From Vibrio alginolyticus NBRC 15630 = ATCC 17749 (lineage in GTDB: Bacteria; Pseudomonadota; Gammaproteobacteria; Enterobacterales; Vibrionaceae), in the NCBI RefSeq assembly GCF_000354175.2, contig NC_022349.1:2040001-2072000 (forward strand): DNA of 32,000 nucleotides, read 5' to 3'. Of this stretch, positions 10,776 through 22,789 are shown piece by piece (position 1 is the stretch's first letter; every line of letters begins with the position of its first letter). The notes below the pieces were generated by a model, which saw only the letters and a list, made by a program, of their open reading frames with translations, searched no databases and was not told the DNA's origin. Made by a program: the position numbers and the translations under genes.

Positions 10776-11411
10776 TTACCAAAAGGTGTCTCGCCGTTTA
10801 GCTCGAGCAATAACGTTTTGTGGCATGCGCTGTTCAAGGCCGTTTCTCAATACAGTTATGCGCTTATGCTGCCGCTTATCTGCTGTGACAGAGTTATATA
10901 ACCAACGATACGCATCTTCGTAATCGAGTGGACTGCCATAATCACGTAAAAGCAACTCGGCCAGATGAATACGCGCGTTTAGGTTTCCCATTGACGCAGC
11001 TTCTCGCAAATATGGAATTGCACGTTCTTTATCTTGCTGTACTAAAGTGCCACGCGAATAGTATCGGCCAATCTGCTCTAGTGCAGCTGGTAACCCCTGA
11101 TGCGCTGCATTTTCGATGTAGTAAAGACCCAGTTCGACATCTTGCTCGACACACACACCCCAAGCCAACATATCTCCGTACAGAAATTCATAAGCGGGTA
11201 AGTTAATTCGAGTCGCACGAGCTACGATATCCTCCACCAGCTGGCAGTTATCAGCGCGCACACGTTGTAAGTGCTTATTTTGCTCAATAAGCTTTATCAG
11301 CTCTGCTTCGGTATAGATCGGAACTGGTGCCCCCACATCAGCAACATTGGCTTTCACTGTGGTAGCAACCAAGGTCAACAACAGTGAAGCAGCCACTGTT
11401 CGTAACTTCAT
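10776..11411 (-). CDS. Secreted Sel1-like (TPR-family) repeat protein
   Basis: 211 aa. The signal peptide is MKLRTVAASLLLTLVATTVKA. Repeated Sel1-like units are present (A..G...A...LG.YY..G; AIPYLREAASMGNLNARIHLAELL). Confidence 0.7.
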   Translation of the reverse strand: MKLRTVAASLLLTLVATTVKANVADVGAPVPIYTEAELIKLIEQNKHLQRVRADNCQLVEDIVARATRINLPAYEFLYGDMLAWGVCVEQDVELGLYYIENAAHQGLPAALEQIGRYYSRGTLVQQDKERAIPYLREAASMGNLNARIHLAELLLRDYGSPLDYEDAYRWLYNSVTADKRQHKRITVLRNGLEQRMPQNVIARAKRRDTFW

Positions 11412-11576
11412 AAACGTACCCTTAAGGTATCTAAGAAACCAAAGATCGGTGAAGGATCTCCTCTGCTTGATAACCTTATCGGCAAAAAACAGCTAAGCTT
11501 TAGACAATTTTTGCCTCTGATTTAGGCTCAGCGGCAAAAGCTTGCCATATGAGAGTCACGCTGTTTTTGTTCAGAT

Positions 11577-11608
11577 ACAAAAAAGCCGACCAGAAGGTCG
11601 GCTTTTGC
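11577..11608 (-). terminator. Intrinsic terminator of purA
   Basis: On the minus strand: stem AAGCCGACC / GGTCGGCTT followed by TTTTTTGTATCTG. Confidence 0.8.
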
Positions 11609-11627
11609 AATCTTTAACGGCTATCAA

Positions 11628-12965
<1,338 letters not shown>

Positions 12966-13116
12966 TTAAAAATGGATTCTAGCACCGAATCACGCTTCTT
13001 GCAGTCATTTTTTGTTCACAGAGTTGCTACCAGAATGTCATCTTGCCGCTTTGTTCATTTTGAAATCAGCATATCACTGATAGTATTTAGCTTTCTCTAT
13101 TCGACTGGAAAGCGCT

Positions 13117-13302
13117 ATGTCTGAATCCATATGGTTGGCGATTGGGCTCGTCTTGATCGTGGAAGGCATTGGGCCACTGATTGCTCCTAACGGTTGGCGG
13201 AATATGGTGGCTCAATTAAGTGAACAACCCAACAATCAGCTACGACGCATCGGTGGCTGCCTAGTAGTTGCTGGAGCCGTCATCGCCATCATGATGAGCT
13301 AG
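13117..13302 (+). CDS. yjeT: Small two-helix membrane protein, YjeT/DUF2065-like
   Basis: 61 aa. The pattern IWLAIGLVLIVEGIGPLIAP...LRRIGGCLVVAGAVI matches my recollection of E. coli YjeT. It occupies the yjeT position between hflC and purA but on the opposite strand, and it ends at a bidirectional terminator. Confidence 0.65.
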   Translation: MSESIWLAIGLVLIVEGIGPLIAPNGWRNMVAQLSEQPNNQLRRIGGCLVVAGAVIAIMMS

Positions 13303-13319
13303 CACTTAGCATCAGATAC

Positions 13320-13346
13320 AAAAAAGGCTCCCTAAGGAGCCTTTTA
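13320..13346. terminator. Bidirectional terminator between the yjeT-like gene (+) and hflC (-)
   Basis: AAAAAA, then stem GGCTCC / GGAGCC with loop CTAA, then TTTT. Confidence 0.8.
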
Positions 13347-13365
13347 TTTCAATGAGACGCGGAGA

Positions 13366-14346
13366 TTATTTCTCCATGCTGCCCTTCGACTGGTTCATGT
13401 ATTGGAAGAACTCACTCTTCGGATCAAGCACCAGAATATCGCTCTTAGAGCTGAAGGACTTCTCATACGCACGTAGCGAACGTAGGAAGCTAAAGAACTC
13501 AGGGTCTTTGTTGTATGCTTCAGCATAAATCTTCGCAGCTTCAGCATCCGCCTCACCTCGTGTCACACGCGCAGTTTTATCAGCTTCAGCTAGAATAGTT
13601 GCTACTTCTAGTTCTGCTTGAGCACGAATAACTTCCGCTTTTTCACGACCTTGAGAACGGTGCTTACGAGCAACGGACTCACGCTCCGCACGCATACGAC
13701 GGTAGATAGACTCACTGATTTCATCAGGCAGGTTGATTTTCTTCATTCGGAAATCAACGACACGAACACCCAAGTCTTTCATTGCGCTTTCACGCGTGTC
13801 TTTCAATACTTCAGACATGATTAGGTCGCGTTCACCATCAATCTCAAGCGCCTCACGAGCCGCTTCAGTTGCGACAACATCGGCACTTGCGTCTTCTGGT
13901 AGCACATCATCGTTACGTGGACCAGATACGATCTGTTTGATTTCACGAGCACCGATTTCAGAACGAAGCACGTCCGTCACTTTACGCTCAAGTAGTGCCT
14001 CTGCCGTTAGCGAGTTACCACCGCCAGTCGCGAGGTAGTAGCGACCAAAATCTTCAATACGCCACTTCACGTAGGTATCAATGATAACGTCTTTTTTCTC
14101 AGACGTTACGAAACGGTCTGCACGGCCATCCATTGTTTGGATACGTGCATCAAGTTGTTTCACACGGTCAAACAAAGGCATCTTGAAATGCAGACCAGGC
14201 TCGTAAATTCGAGTGATGTCGTTGTTGTCTTTCAAGACACGACCAAATCGAACCACGATACCACGCTCACCTTCAGGAATCACAAACAAAGACATCAACA
14301 TTAATGCCAGTGCGATTACCAGTACAGGGATCATTAACTTACGCAT
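13366..14346 (-). CDS. hflC: FtsH protease modulator HflC (SPFH/band-7)
   Basis: 326 aa with an N-terminal TM helix and an SPFH domain. The start lies 2 nt after the hflK stop. Confidence 0.95.
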   Translation of the reverse strand: MRKLMIPVLVIALALMLMSLFVIPEGERGIVVRFGRVLKDNNDITRIYEPGLHFKMPLFDRVKQLDARIQTMDGRADRFVTSEKKDVIIDTYVKWRIEDFGRYYLATGGGNSLTAEALLERKVTDVLRSEIGAREIKQIVSGPRNDDVLPEDASADVVATEAAREALEIDGERDLIMSEVLKDTRESAMKDLGVRVVDFRMKKINLPDEISESIYRRMRAERESVARKHRSQGREKAEVIRAQAELEVATILAEADKTARVTRGEADAEAAKIYAEAYNKDPEFFSFLRSLRAYEKSFSSKSDILVLDPKSEFFQYMNQSKGSMEK

Positions 14347-14348
14347 TC

Positions 14349-15554
14349 TTAGTATCTCCCTTGACGTGAACCTGTTGAACGAGACTGCGTGTTCGAAGTG
14401 TCTTCTTGTGTACGATCAGACTCAAGTTGAATTTGATCATAGGTTGAAGATGACTTCGATTTACGTTTGGTATCTGCTTTGCCCTCTTGTCCCGCCAACT
14501 TATCGATTGGAAGGTAAAGAAGATTGCCGCTTGATTCCGAGTCAATCAACACTTTCGAAGTGCTTGAGTACACCTCTTCCATTGCGTCAATGTACAGACG
14601 ATCACGCGTTACACCAGGCGCTGCTTGGTATTCTGGTAATAGTTTTTCGAACTGTGCTACCTGACCAAGAGCCTCGTTAGTGACACGCTCATTGTAACCT
14701 TGTGCTTCTTTCTTCAAACGCTCTGCACGACCCGTTGCCTTAGGCAAGATTTCGTTCTTGTATGCTTCAGCTTCACGAATGAAACGCTCTTCATCCTCAC
14801 GTGCTGCGATTGCATCATCAAACGCATCTTTCACTTGCTCTGGTGGACGAGCAGACTGGAAGTTCACATCAACAAGTACCAGACCCATATCATAGCTATC
14901 AATGATTTGGTTCAGTGTTTCTTGCGTAGTTTGACGAATTTGCTGACGACCACTGGTTAGAATGCTATCCATCAATGAGTCACCAATTACTGCACGTAGT
15001 GCAGAATCCGTTGCTTGACGCAAGCTGTCGTCTGCATTGGTTACACGGTACAAGTATTTGTATGGGTCAGTCACTCGGTACTGAACATCCATCGCAACTG
15101 TTACAACGTTTTCATCTTTGGTCAGCATTAGACCAGATGCACGTAGTGAACGAATCGCTTGTACGTTTACCGCTTCGTACTCATCAATAAAGCGAGGACG
15201 CCAGTTAAGACCTGGGTCTACGATACGATCGTATTTACCTAAACGCAGTACAACACCACGCTCTGCTTCACCGATGGTGTAAAAACCAGCGAAGAACCAA
15301 ACTGCAACAGCAATCAGAGCAATCACGCCAAAGCCAATTGCACTACCACCACCGCCGCCGATTGGAGAACCACCGCCGCCTTTTTTACCAAACTTGCCGC
15401 CCAGCTTTTGACTCAGTTTGTTGAACACTTCATCTAAATCTGGCGGACCTTGATCTCGGCCACCAGGACGCTGGCCACCACGATTATTATTACCCCAAGG
15501 GTCATTATCGCGGCCATTGTTGCCGTTGTTATTTCCAGGCTCATTCCACGCCAT
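14349..15554 (-). CDS. hflK: FtsH protease modulator HflK (SPFH/band-7)
   Basis: 401 aa. The N-terminus MAWNEPGNNNGNNGRDNDPWG and the Gly-rich region match E. coli HflK, followed by an SPFH domain. Confidence 0.95.
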   Translation of the reverse strand: MAWNEPGNNNGNNGRDNDPWGNNNRGGQRPGGRDQGPPDLDEVFNKLSQKLGGKFGKKGGGGSPIGGGGGSAIGFGVIALIAVAVWFFAGFYTIGEAERGVVLRLGKYDRIVDPGLNWRPRFIDEYEAVNVQAIRSLRASGLMLTKDENVVTVAMDVQYRVTDPYKYLYRVTNADDSLRQATDSALRAVIGDSLMDSILTSGRQQIRQTTQETLNQIIDSYDMGLVLVDVNFQSARPPEQVKDAFDDAIAAREDEERFIREAEAYKNEILPKATGRAERLKKEAQGYNERVTNEALGQVAQFEKLLPEYQAAPGVTRDRLYIDAMEEVYSSTSKVLIDSESSGNLLYLPIDKLAGQEGKADTKRKSKSSSTYDQIQLESDRTQEDTSNTQSRSTGSRQGRY

Positions 15555-15599
15555 TAGAAAGCTCCATCATTTGATATGACGTTATACTGTAGCAGTCCT

Positions 15600-16889
15600 T
15601 TAAGTGACTATAAAGCCAGTCAAAACTGCCCCTTCTCTTTTTTCAAGTCTAGACCAATCTACTTGCTGCATTCGAATATCGATCAACAAGTTACCATCCT
15701 GGTCATATTCCTCACGTTGAATACACTTCATTTGGAAGAAGGTACTACGGAATCGTCCTTGATACTGTGGAGGAATTCGCAACTGATGCTCGACCATTTG
15801 TGACGCCAGACGTTCCGTCAGAGCCTCAAACAGGACATCAATGCCCAACCCATCCATTGCTGAAACCCAAACTGCGCGAGGTACGCCTTCCTCGTCTCGT
15901 TCTATACGTGGTTTCTGCGAATCTAGATTGTCGATTTTGTTCATGACAACCAGAGTCGGCACTTCATGCGCGTCGATCTCTTCTAGTACTTCATGAACAG
16001 CTTGAATATTCTCACGAAAACGCTCATCACTGGCATCAACAACATGTAACAAAATGTCAGCTTCTTGCGTTTCCTGCAAGGTTGCCTTGAAGGCCGCAAC
16101 CAAGTCGTGTGGCAAATGTCGAATAAAACCAACCGTGTCTGCCAAGATGGCAGGGCCAACATCTGCTAACTCTATCTTACGTAAAGTCGGGTCCAAAGTA
16201 GCAAATAATTGATCAGCCGCGTACACGCCAGCTTCTGTAATACGGTTGAAGAGTGTCGACTTACCCGCGTTGGTGTAACCCACAAGTGAAACCGTTGGGA
16301 TTTCAGCTCGATTTCGGGCGCGGCGCCCTTGTTCACGCTGCTTCGCTACTTTGTCTAAGCGTCGCAGGATGGCTTTGATTCTGTCACGCAATAAGCGACG
16401 GTCGGTTTCCAGCTGGGTTTCACCCGGGCCACGTAAACCGATACCACCTTTCTGCCTTTCAAGGTGCGTCCAACCACGAATCAAACGAGTAGAGATATGA
16501 CGAAGTTGAGCCAGCTCTACCTGTAGCTTACCTTCGTGTGTTCGAGCTCGTTGAGCAAAGATATCGAGAATAAGACCAGTGCGGTCGAGAACTCGACATT
16601 GGCACAGTGCTTCGAGGTTACGTTCTTGGGCAGGAGAGAGGGCGTGATTAAAAATCACAATTTCGGCACCCGTTGATTGTACCGCTGTAGCAATCTCTTG
16701 GGCCTTACCCTCTCCGACATAGTATTTCGGGTGTGGGGATTGACGACTACCAGTTACCACTTGTAGCGCCTCTACCCCAGCAGAAGAAACCAGCATTTCG
16801 AACTCAGCCAGATCTTCCCATTCACCTTCTTGCGTGAAGTTGATATGAACAAGTACGGCTCGCTCACCGGATTCATAACGGTCAAACAA
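15600..16889 (-). CDS. hflX: Ribosome-associated GTPase HflX
   Basis: 429 aa, near-collinear with E. coli HflX (MFDRY..., GYTNAGKSTLFN, DTVGFI, NKID). Confidence 0.95.
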   Translation of the reverse strand: MFDRYESGERAVLVHINFTQEGEWEDLAEFEMLVSSAGVEALQVVTGSRQSPHPKYYVGEGKAQEIATAVQSTGAEIVIFNHALSPAQERNLEALCQCRVLDRTGLILDIFAQRARTHEGKLQVELAQLRHISTRLIRGWTHLERQKGGIGLRGPGETQLETDRRLLRDRIKAILRRLDKVAKQREQGRRARNRAEIPTVSLVGYTNAGKSTLFNRITEAGVYAADQLFATLDPTLRKIELADVGPAILADTVGFIRHLPHDLVAAFKATLQETQEADILLHVVDASDERFRENIQAVHEVLEEIDAHEVPTLVVMNKIDNLDSQKPRIERDEEGVPRAVWVSAMDGLGIDVLFEALTERLASQMVEHQLRIPPQYQGRFRSTFFQMKCIQREEYDQDGNLLIDIRMQQVDWSRLEKREGAVLTGFIVT

Positions 16890-16927
16890 GCAATCAACTC
16901 CTTATTTTAAAAATACTCGATGAAGAA

Positions 16928-17206
<279 letters not shown>

Positions 17207-17385
17207 TTAATTTGTAGTTGTAATTATTTAGCTAGTGGTGCAATGCAAAAGATACGGCTTTTGCATCTGAGCTAAACGAATCAAAAATGCACTCTAAGTA
17301 ATTAGCAGCATAGTATAAAAACCGCCAACAACAGATCCTTTGAGAGTGCGTTCACGCAAAAACGATCACATTATACACAGCTATG

Positions 17386-18318
17386 TCAATCAGATGCTAT
17401 TGCTTCCGACATCGTTTCTAATGCCTGTTCAATGTTCTCGCTATCCAACCAAGTTAAATCATCCCAGCTGCGTAACCAGGTGATTTGACGCTTGGCCAAT
17501 TGACGAGTCGCGCATACGCCACGAAATACCGCTTCGTCACGTGTACACTCCCCATCTAAATACTCCCACATCTGTCGATAACCGACGCATCGTATGGAAG
17601 GAAGATCGGGGTGAAGATCTTTTCGCGAATGTAACGCTTTCATTTCTTCTTCAAAGCCCGCTTCCATCATCTTCTCGAAACGGAGTTCAATCCGACGGTG
17701 AAGTTCTGCCCTATCCTTGGGAGCTATTGCAAACTGCTTGACTCGGTATGGTAGGCTTTCACCTTTCGTTTGAGTCAATTCAGTCAAAGTTTTACCTGAA
17801 ATGCGAAAAACTTCCAATGCCCGAGATAAACGTTGGGGATCATTGGGATGGATTCTCGCGGCTGACACAGGATCAACCTCTTTGAGTTCATCGTGCAACA
17901 CTGACCAACCTTTAGTCAATGCCTCTTGTTCAATTTGCTGACGAATTTCAGGATTTGCAGCAGGAAGTGGTGATAAACCTTCAAGTAACGCCTTGTAATA
18001 CAGCATTGTTCCACCCACAAGAAGTGGAATTTTTCCTTCTGCAACAATATCATCCATCGCTTTCAATGCATCTCGACGAAAGTCGGCGACAGAGTAAGAT
18101 TCACTTGGATCCAAAATATCTATCAAGCGATGAGGCGCCAAACTTAACTCTTTTTCATCCGGTTTCGCCGTACCGATATCCATCCCTTTGTAGATCAAAG
18201 CAGAATCAACACTGATGATCTCAACCGGAAATTTTTGACGAAGACGAATCGCCAGCTCAGTTTTGCCTGATGCAGTTGGCCCCATTAAAAATAGCGCCAA
18301 AGGTAGTTTATCTGTCAT
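17386..18318 (-). CDS. miaA: tRNA dimethylallyltransferase
   Basis: 310 aa with P-loop GPTASGKT, collinear with MiaA. Its start overlaps the mutL stop as ATGA at 18315-18318. Confidence 0.95.
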   Translation of the reverse strand: MTDKLPLALFLMGPTASGKTELAIRLRQKFPVEIISVDSALIYKGMDIGTAKPDEKELSLAPHRLIDILDPSESYSVADFRRDALKAMDDIVAEGKIPLLVGGTMLYYKALLEGLSPLPAANPEIRQQIEQEALTKGWSVLHDELKEVDPVSAARIHPNDPQRLSRALEVFRISGKTLTELTQTKGESLPYRVKQFAIAPKDRAELHRRIELRFEKMMEAGFEEEMKALHSRKDLHPDLPSIRCVGYRQMWEYLDGECTRDEAVFRGVCATRQLAKRQITWLRSWDDLTWLDSENIEQALETMSEAIASD

Positions 18319-20327
18319 GGTTTTAATTTGGCTATCGTGGCAGAGAAATCAACAGCGGATACGAATTTTGTATCTTCTAATGGCAATTGACCATGTCTTA
18401 GCTGTTCAAGTTCCGCAATAATTTGAATGGCTTCAGAAAAAGTATAGTGACTCTTCACTGTCGTGACCTGTAATGCGAGCCAATCTATCAACTCAGACAG
18501 CATCTGAGCCGCTGCTATACCTTCGTTCACACAAGATTGCGCGTAAGATAACAGATCTGGTACTAAATTTTGTAAGTTTTGTTGACGCAGCGGAGCTGGG
18601 ACGCCCATCACCATTAAGGCGTGCTCGTTTCTCGCTTTCAATTGAATACCAAGCAATGCCAAATCTTGTTGATAATCTTGGGCCAGTCTCACTAATTCGG
18701 CCTCTAACTTAATAGATAGAGGAACAAGCAGAGGTTGTGCCTTGAGTGCACCATCGCTTGGAGAAAGCTGGCCTTTTACACGATAAAATTCTGCTCTAGG
18801 TAACGAGACTAACGCCGCCCCACTGTCACTGCTCATCAAAACAAATTGTTCATCGACCACCATCAGCGCTTTGCCCAATGCAGTAATCGATGGCATTGAT
18901 GTGTGCGAAGTTATCGTTTGGGGCGCTATTGGAGTGACTGCCTGAGCCTCAAACTCTGGCGTTTTCAACAGCTCGTGATAAGCGCGTACTTCTTGTTTAG
19001 TTGGCGCTGGTTCTACGTGGCGCTCTTTACTGTGACTTGGCTTTGGTGCAGGTTTGGATTCCACCCAATCATTACGTTTGAATGACTCCACTACGCGCGC
19101 CTCTCGCACGGAGGTTTCACTAGGACCGCTATTACGAGGCTTCACTTCATAATCACTGCGTCCAGGATAAGCCGGTGTACTCTCTATCGCTTGATAAACC
19201 CGCTCTGGTACTGGTGAAGATGCTGGCTCTTGTACATTTTCAGGCTCTGGCGAATGCTCAATCTCTTCGGACTCAGTCGGTTCCACGCGATGAAATGCCG
19301 ATTCATTCACCTGTGGTTTATCAATCACGGCGCTTTGCGCAAGTGCATCCGTCAAAGCTTGATAGATGAAATCATGCACCAAACGAGCTTGGTGGAAACG
19401 CACTTCATGCTTAGCAGGGTGAACATTCACATCTACTTGGTGCGGATCTAGCTCAATAAAGAGCACATACGCAGCAAACTGATCTGGCTTTAAGCTCATT
19501 TCATAGCTTTGACGAATCGCGTGATTGATTAATTTGTCACGCATCATTCGGCCATTCACATAGCAATATTGTAAATCGCTTTGCTGCCTTGCTCCCTCTG
19601 GCGTGGTAATCCACCCATGTAGCTTTAACCCTTGATGCTCAAGCTCGATTCTGAGCATATGCCGCACAAACGCATTACCGCAGACAGCAGCAATACGCTT
19701 TTCGGTTTGAAGCTGATTTTTCGCCGCGCGATATTGACGGATGATCTTGCCGTTATGACGCACATTGATGGTGACATCAAAGCGGCTTAACGCAATACGT
19801 TTCAATAACTCATCAATATGAGCAAATTCGGTTTTCTCCGTACGAAGAAACTTGCGACGCGCTGGAGTATTAAAAAATAAGTCCAACACCTCAACAGTCG
19901 TGCCAATCGGGTGCGCTGCTGGCTTAAGCTTCACCTGCATATCACGCCCTTCGGAGTAGGCACTCCAGGCTTCTTCTTGTGCCGCAGGACGCGACGTGAG
20001 CGTCAAACGCGAGACTGAGCTAATACTGGCTAACGCTTCACCGCGAAAACCTAGACTCATAATGGCTTCGAGATCATCTAAGGTATGTATCTTAGATGTC
20101 GCATGACGACTGAGCGCTAAGCCAAGTTCATCTTTCGCGATACCTTTTCCGTTATCACGAACACGAATCAGCTTTGCGCCTCCTTTCTCGATATCGATAT
20201 CGATTCGAGTTGCGCCAGAATCAAGACTATTTTCAACCAGTTCTTTAATCACAGAAGCAGGTCTTTCGACCACTTCCCCTGCGGCGATTTGGTTTGCAAG
20301 TCTGGCTGGCAAAATTTTAATCGTCAT
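18315..20327 (-). CDS. mutL: DNA mismatch repair protein MutL
   Basis: 670 aa. It has a GHKL ATPase N-terminus ([34 protein letters not shown]), a long Pro/Glu-rich linker and a C-terminal dimerisation domain. Confidence 0.95.
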   Translation of the reverse strand: MTIKILPARLANQIAAGEVVERPASVIKELVENSLDSGATRIDIDIEKGGAKLIRVRDNGKGIAKDELGLALSRHATSKIHTLDDLEAIMSLGFRGEALASISSVSRLTLTSRPAAQEEAWSAYSEGRDMQVKLKPAAHPIGTTVEVLDLFFNTPARRKFLRTEKTEFAHIDELLKRIALSRFDVTINVRHNGKIIRQYRAAKNQLQTEKRIAAVCGNAFVRHMLRIELEHQGLKLHGWITTPEGARQQSDLQYCYVNGRMMRDKLINHAIRQSYEMSLKPDQFAAYVLFIELDPHQVDVNVHPAKHEVRFHQARLVHDFIYQALTDALAQSAVIDKPQVNESAFHRVEPTESEEIEHSPEPENVQEPASSPVPERVYQAIESTPAYPGRSDYEVKPRNSGPSETSVREARVVESFKRNDWVESKPAPKPSHSKERHVEPAPTKQEVRAYHELLKTPEFEAQAVTPIAPQTITSHTSMPSITALGKALMVVDEQFVLMSSDSGAALVSLPRAEFYRVKGQLSPSDGALKAQPLLVPLSIKLEAELVRLAQDYQQDLALLGIQLKARNEHALMVMGVPAPLRQQNLQNLVPDLLSYAQSCVNEGIAAAQMLSELIDWLALQVTTVKSHYTFSEAIQIIAELEQLRHGQLPLEDTKFVSAVDFSATIAKLKP

Positions 20328-20345
20328 AATGAGTTAGAAGCTCAC

Positions 20346-22055
20346 CTACTTGTTTGGAATGATCAGGACTTGCCCAACCGCTAGCTGATCAGAGCGTAAG
20401 TTATTCGCTTTACGAATGCTCGATACGCTAACGCCGTATTTGGACGCTATTTTGCCAAGGAACTCACCCCGAGAAACCTTGTGCTTACGAATCGGTTTAT
20501 CTTTTACCGCGACCGTTATCTTCAACTTTTGCCCTACCCACAAGGTATCTGACTTCAAGTTATTCTCTCGGCGGATATCTGAAACCTTCACTTTATAGTG
20601 ATTCGCAATCTTACCTAAGAACTCACCAGACTTAACCTTGTGCGTAATGGTTTCTGTCTCAACAGTAATCGGTTTACTTGGCACTTTAATCGTACCAGCA
20701 GAAGGAATGTTGAGCTTCTGACCAATTGCCAAGCCTGTCGACTTCAAGTTGTTTGCCGACATCAGCGCTTTAGAGCTAAGCCCATATTTGTTCGCGATCA
20801 CCGATAATGACTCGCCACGCTTTACAATATGTACCATTGGCTTCGCTGAAGGCGAGAACACCGTACCCTCTGGTGGGTTATCTTTTAAGTACTTGACGAC
20901 CGCCTTAGTGATAGCCTGAGCTAACTTATCTTGGTGCGCTCGTTGAAACAGTAAACGCTCTTCTGTTGGGTTAGAAATAAAGCCCGTTTCCACTAGCACA
21001 GACGGAATCTGTGGAGAGCGTAAAACCGCAAGGCTGGTGTTGATCGGTTTGGTGTTATGCAGGTGCGCAACACGTCCCATCTCACCTAGGATTTCTGTTG
21101 CCAGCTTATAACCTTCTTTTTGTGAATGACTAAACTGCAAGTCCAACAAAGTTTGGTTCACGTTACGATCTTTTGTCTTCGTGAAGAACGCATTACCCGA
21201 GCCGCCCAATAACTCAGACTGTTTCTCATGGTTCTCGACCCAACGAGCAATTTCGGTATTTGCACGACGAGTATTTAGTACGAAGACCGATCCACCGCGA
21301 GGCTTCGGTGAAGTAAACGCATCTGCGTGAATGGAAATCAGCAAGTGCGCATCATTTTCACGAGCAATCGCGACACGACGGTTTAAGTTTACAAAATAAT
21401 CTCCCGTACGAGTCATGCGCGTTTTAATACCAGGAGTCGCATCGAGCTGAGCAGCAATTTTTCTTGAGATACTCAATACCGCATCTTTCTCGTACTTACG
21501 ACGTGAAGGGCCAATAGAGCCAGGGTCTTCCCCACCGTGACCAGGGTCGATAACAATTAACACTTCTTGAGCTCGTTGAACTGAACTCATGTCTTTGCTG
21601 GCCGCCGCTGGCTTACTCGGTTTAGAGGTCGATGCCTTCTTACCGTGCGGTAAATCAATCACCAAGCGGTGACCATACTGCCCACCTGGTGTTGGGCTTA
21701 ATTTAAATAACTCCGCTTGAACGCTCTTTTTTAGTTCAAACACCAAACGATAAGTGCCCTTCTCTGGAGGCGAGCTTTTTCGTACCAGTTTTAAAACAGG
21801 GCTATCCGTAACAGTAACAGGTAGTTTGGCCTGCATCGTCGTGCTTTTTAAATCCACGACAAGGCGATCCGGCCCTGATAAAGAGAAATAGGAATAGTCA
21901 GCTTCCGAGCCTAAATCGATGACAACACGCGTTTCATCAGGTGAAGGCCAAACTCGAAAACTCTTAACGACGTTAGCAAATGCTAAATTGGGGATGAGAA
22001 GGAGAAAAGTGGCGACAAACGTCGCCACCACTCTAAAATTTGAAAAACTCAACAT
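20346..22055 (-). CDS. amiB: N-acetylmuramoyl-L-alanine amidase AmiB (AMIN domain, Amidase_3 domain, three C-terminal LysM repeats)
   Basis: 569 aa with a signal peptide. The amidase_3 core includes [12 protein letters not shown] and HADA. Three LysM-like repeats are present (H.VK.GE.L..IA..Y....S.....NNL.S..L..GQ.L.I). The start overlaps the tsaE stop by 7 nt. Confidence 0.9.
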   Translation of the reverse strand: MLSFSNFRVVATFVATFLLLIPNLAFANVVKSFRVWPSPDETRVVIDLGSEADYSYFSLSGPDRLVVDLKSTTMQAKLPVTVTDSPVLKLVRKSSPPEKGTYRLVFELKKSVQAELFKLSPTPGGQYGHRLVIDLPHGKKASTSKPSKPAAASKDMSSVQRAQEVLIVIDPGHGGEDPGSIGPSRRKYEKDAVLSISRKIAAQLDATPGIKTRMTRTGDYFVNLNRRVAIARENDAHLLISIHADAFTSPKPRGGSVFVLNTRRANTEIARWVENHEKQSELLGGSGNAFFTKTKDRNVNQTLLDLQFSHSQKEGYKLATEILGEMGRVAHLHNTKPINTSLAVLRSPQIPSVLVETGFISNPTEERLLFQRAHQDKLAQAITKAVVKYLKDNPPEGTVFSPSAKPMVHIVKRGESLSVIANKYGLSSKALMSANNLKSTGLAIGQKLNIPSAGTIKVPSKPITVETETITHKVKSGEFLGKIANHYKVKVSDIRRENNLKSDTLWVGQKLKITVAVKDKPIRKHKVSRGEFLGKIASKYGVSVSSIRKANNLRSDQLAVGQVLIIPNK

Positions 22056-22513
22056 AGCTCCAATCGACTGAGTAACTGCACACCATAATCATTATTAGCT
22101 GTTAGTTCGGCTACACGTTGCTCACCTTGGTAGCGAATGTTTACATCAAGATCCGGTTGTGGCAGTAAGCCATGCCCTTTTTCAGGCCATTCAACCAAGC
22201 AAATCGCATCGTCTGTGAAATAGTCTCGAATCCCCATAAACTCAAGCTCTTCAGGATCCGCAAGACGATAAAGGTCGAAGTGATATACTTGCCACTGATC
22301 CAACTGGTACGGTTCGACTAGAGTATAAGTTGGACTTTTCACGTTACCTTGATGACCAAGAGCACGGACAAAACCACGACTAAAGGTTGTTTTACCTGCA
22401 CCCAAATCACCATGCAGATAAATTGTGGTTTGCTGGGAACAAAGCTGAGCCAAAGCGGTGCCTAGTGCAACCGTTTCATGCTCATCTTTTAAATTGAATT
22501 GTTTCGTGCTCAT
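22049..22513 (-). CDS. tsaE: tRNA t6A37 biosynthesis ATPase TsaE (YjeE)
   Basis: 154 aa with P-loop [13 protein letters not shown] and the [10 protein letters not shown] motif. It is the first gene of the tsaE-amiB-mutL-miaA-hfq-hflXKC string. Confidence 0.9.
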   Translation of the reverse strand: MSTKQFNLKDEHETVALGTALAQLCSQQTTIYLHGDLGAGKTTFSRGFVRALGHQGNVKSPTYTLVEPYQLDQWQVYHFDLYRLADPEELEFMGIRDYFTDDAICLVEWPEKGHGLLPQPDLDVNIRYQGEQRVAELTANNDYGVQLLSRLELC

Positions 22514-22789
22514 TGATGCTTCTCTAACTAATGATCGTTGACTATATAAAAATCAAAAGAACAGGAATAGTAAACCGTGTTGGTTTTGAGAGACAAGCTT
22601 TCAAATGTCATATGTGCGAAAAAAGTATCCAATAAACGGTATCTTAATCATCTTAGTATCGACCTAGATTTAGAATATATGCAAATGACTTCAATAAGCA
22701 GTATTCACAACATCAAAAACGTACCTAACTGGGTAGCACCAAAGCCAGAGATCCGTTAAGATCCGCCCCCCTTTATTCCGGTGGTTAAC

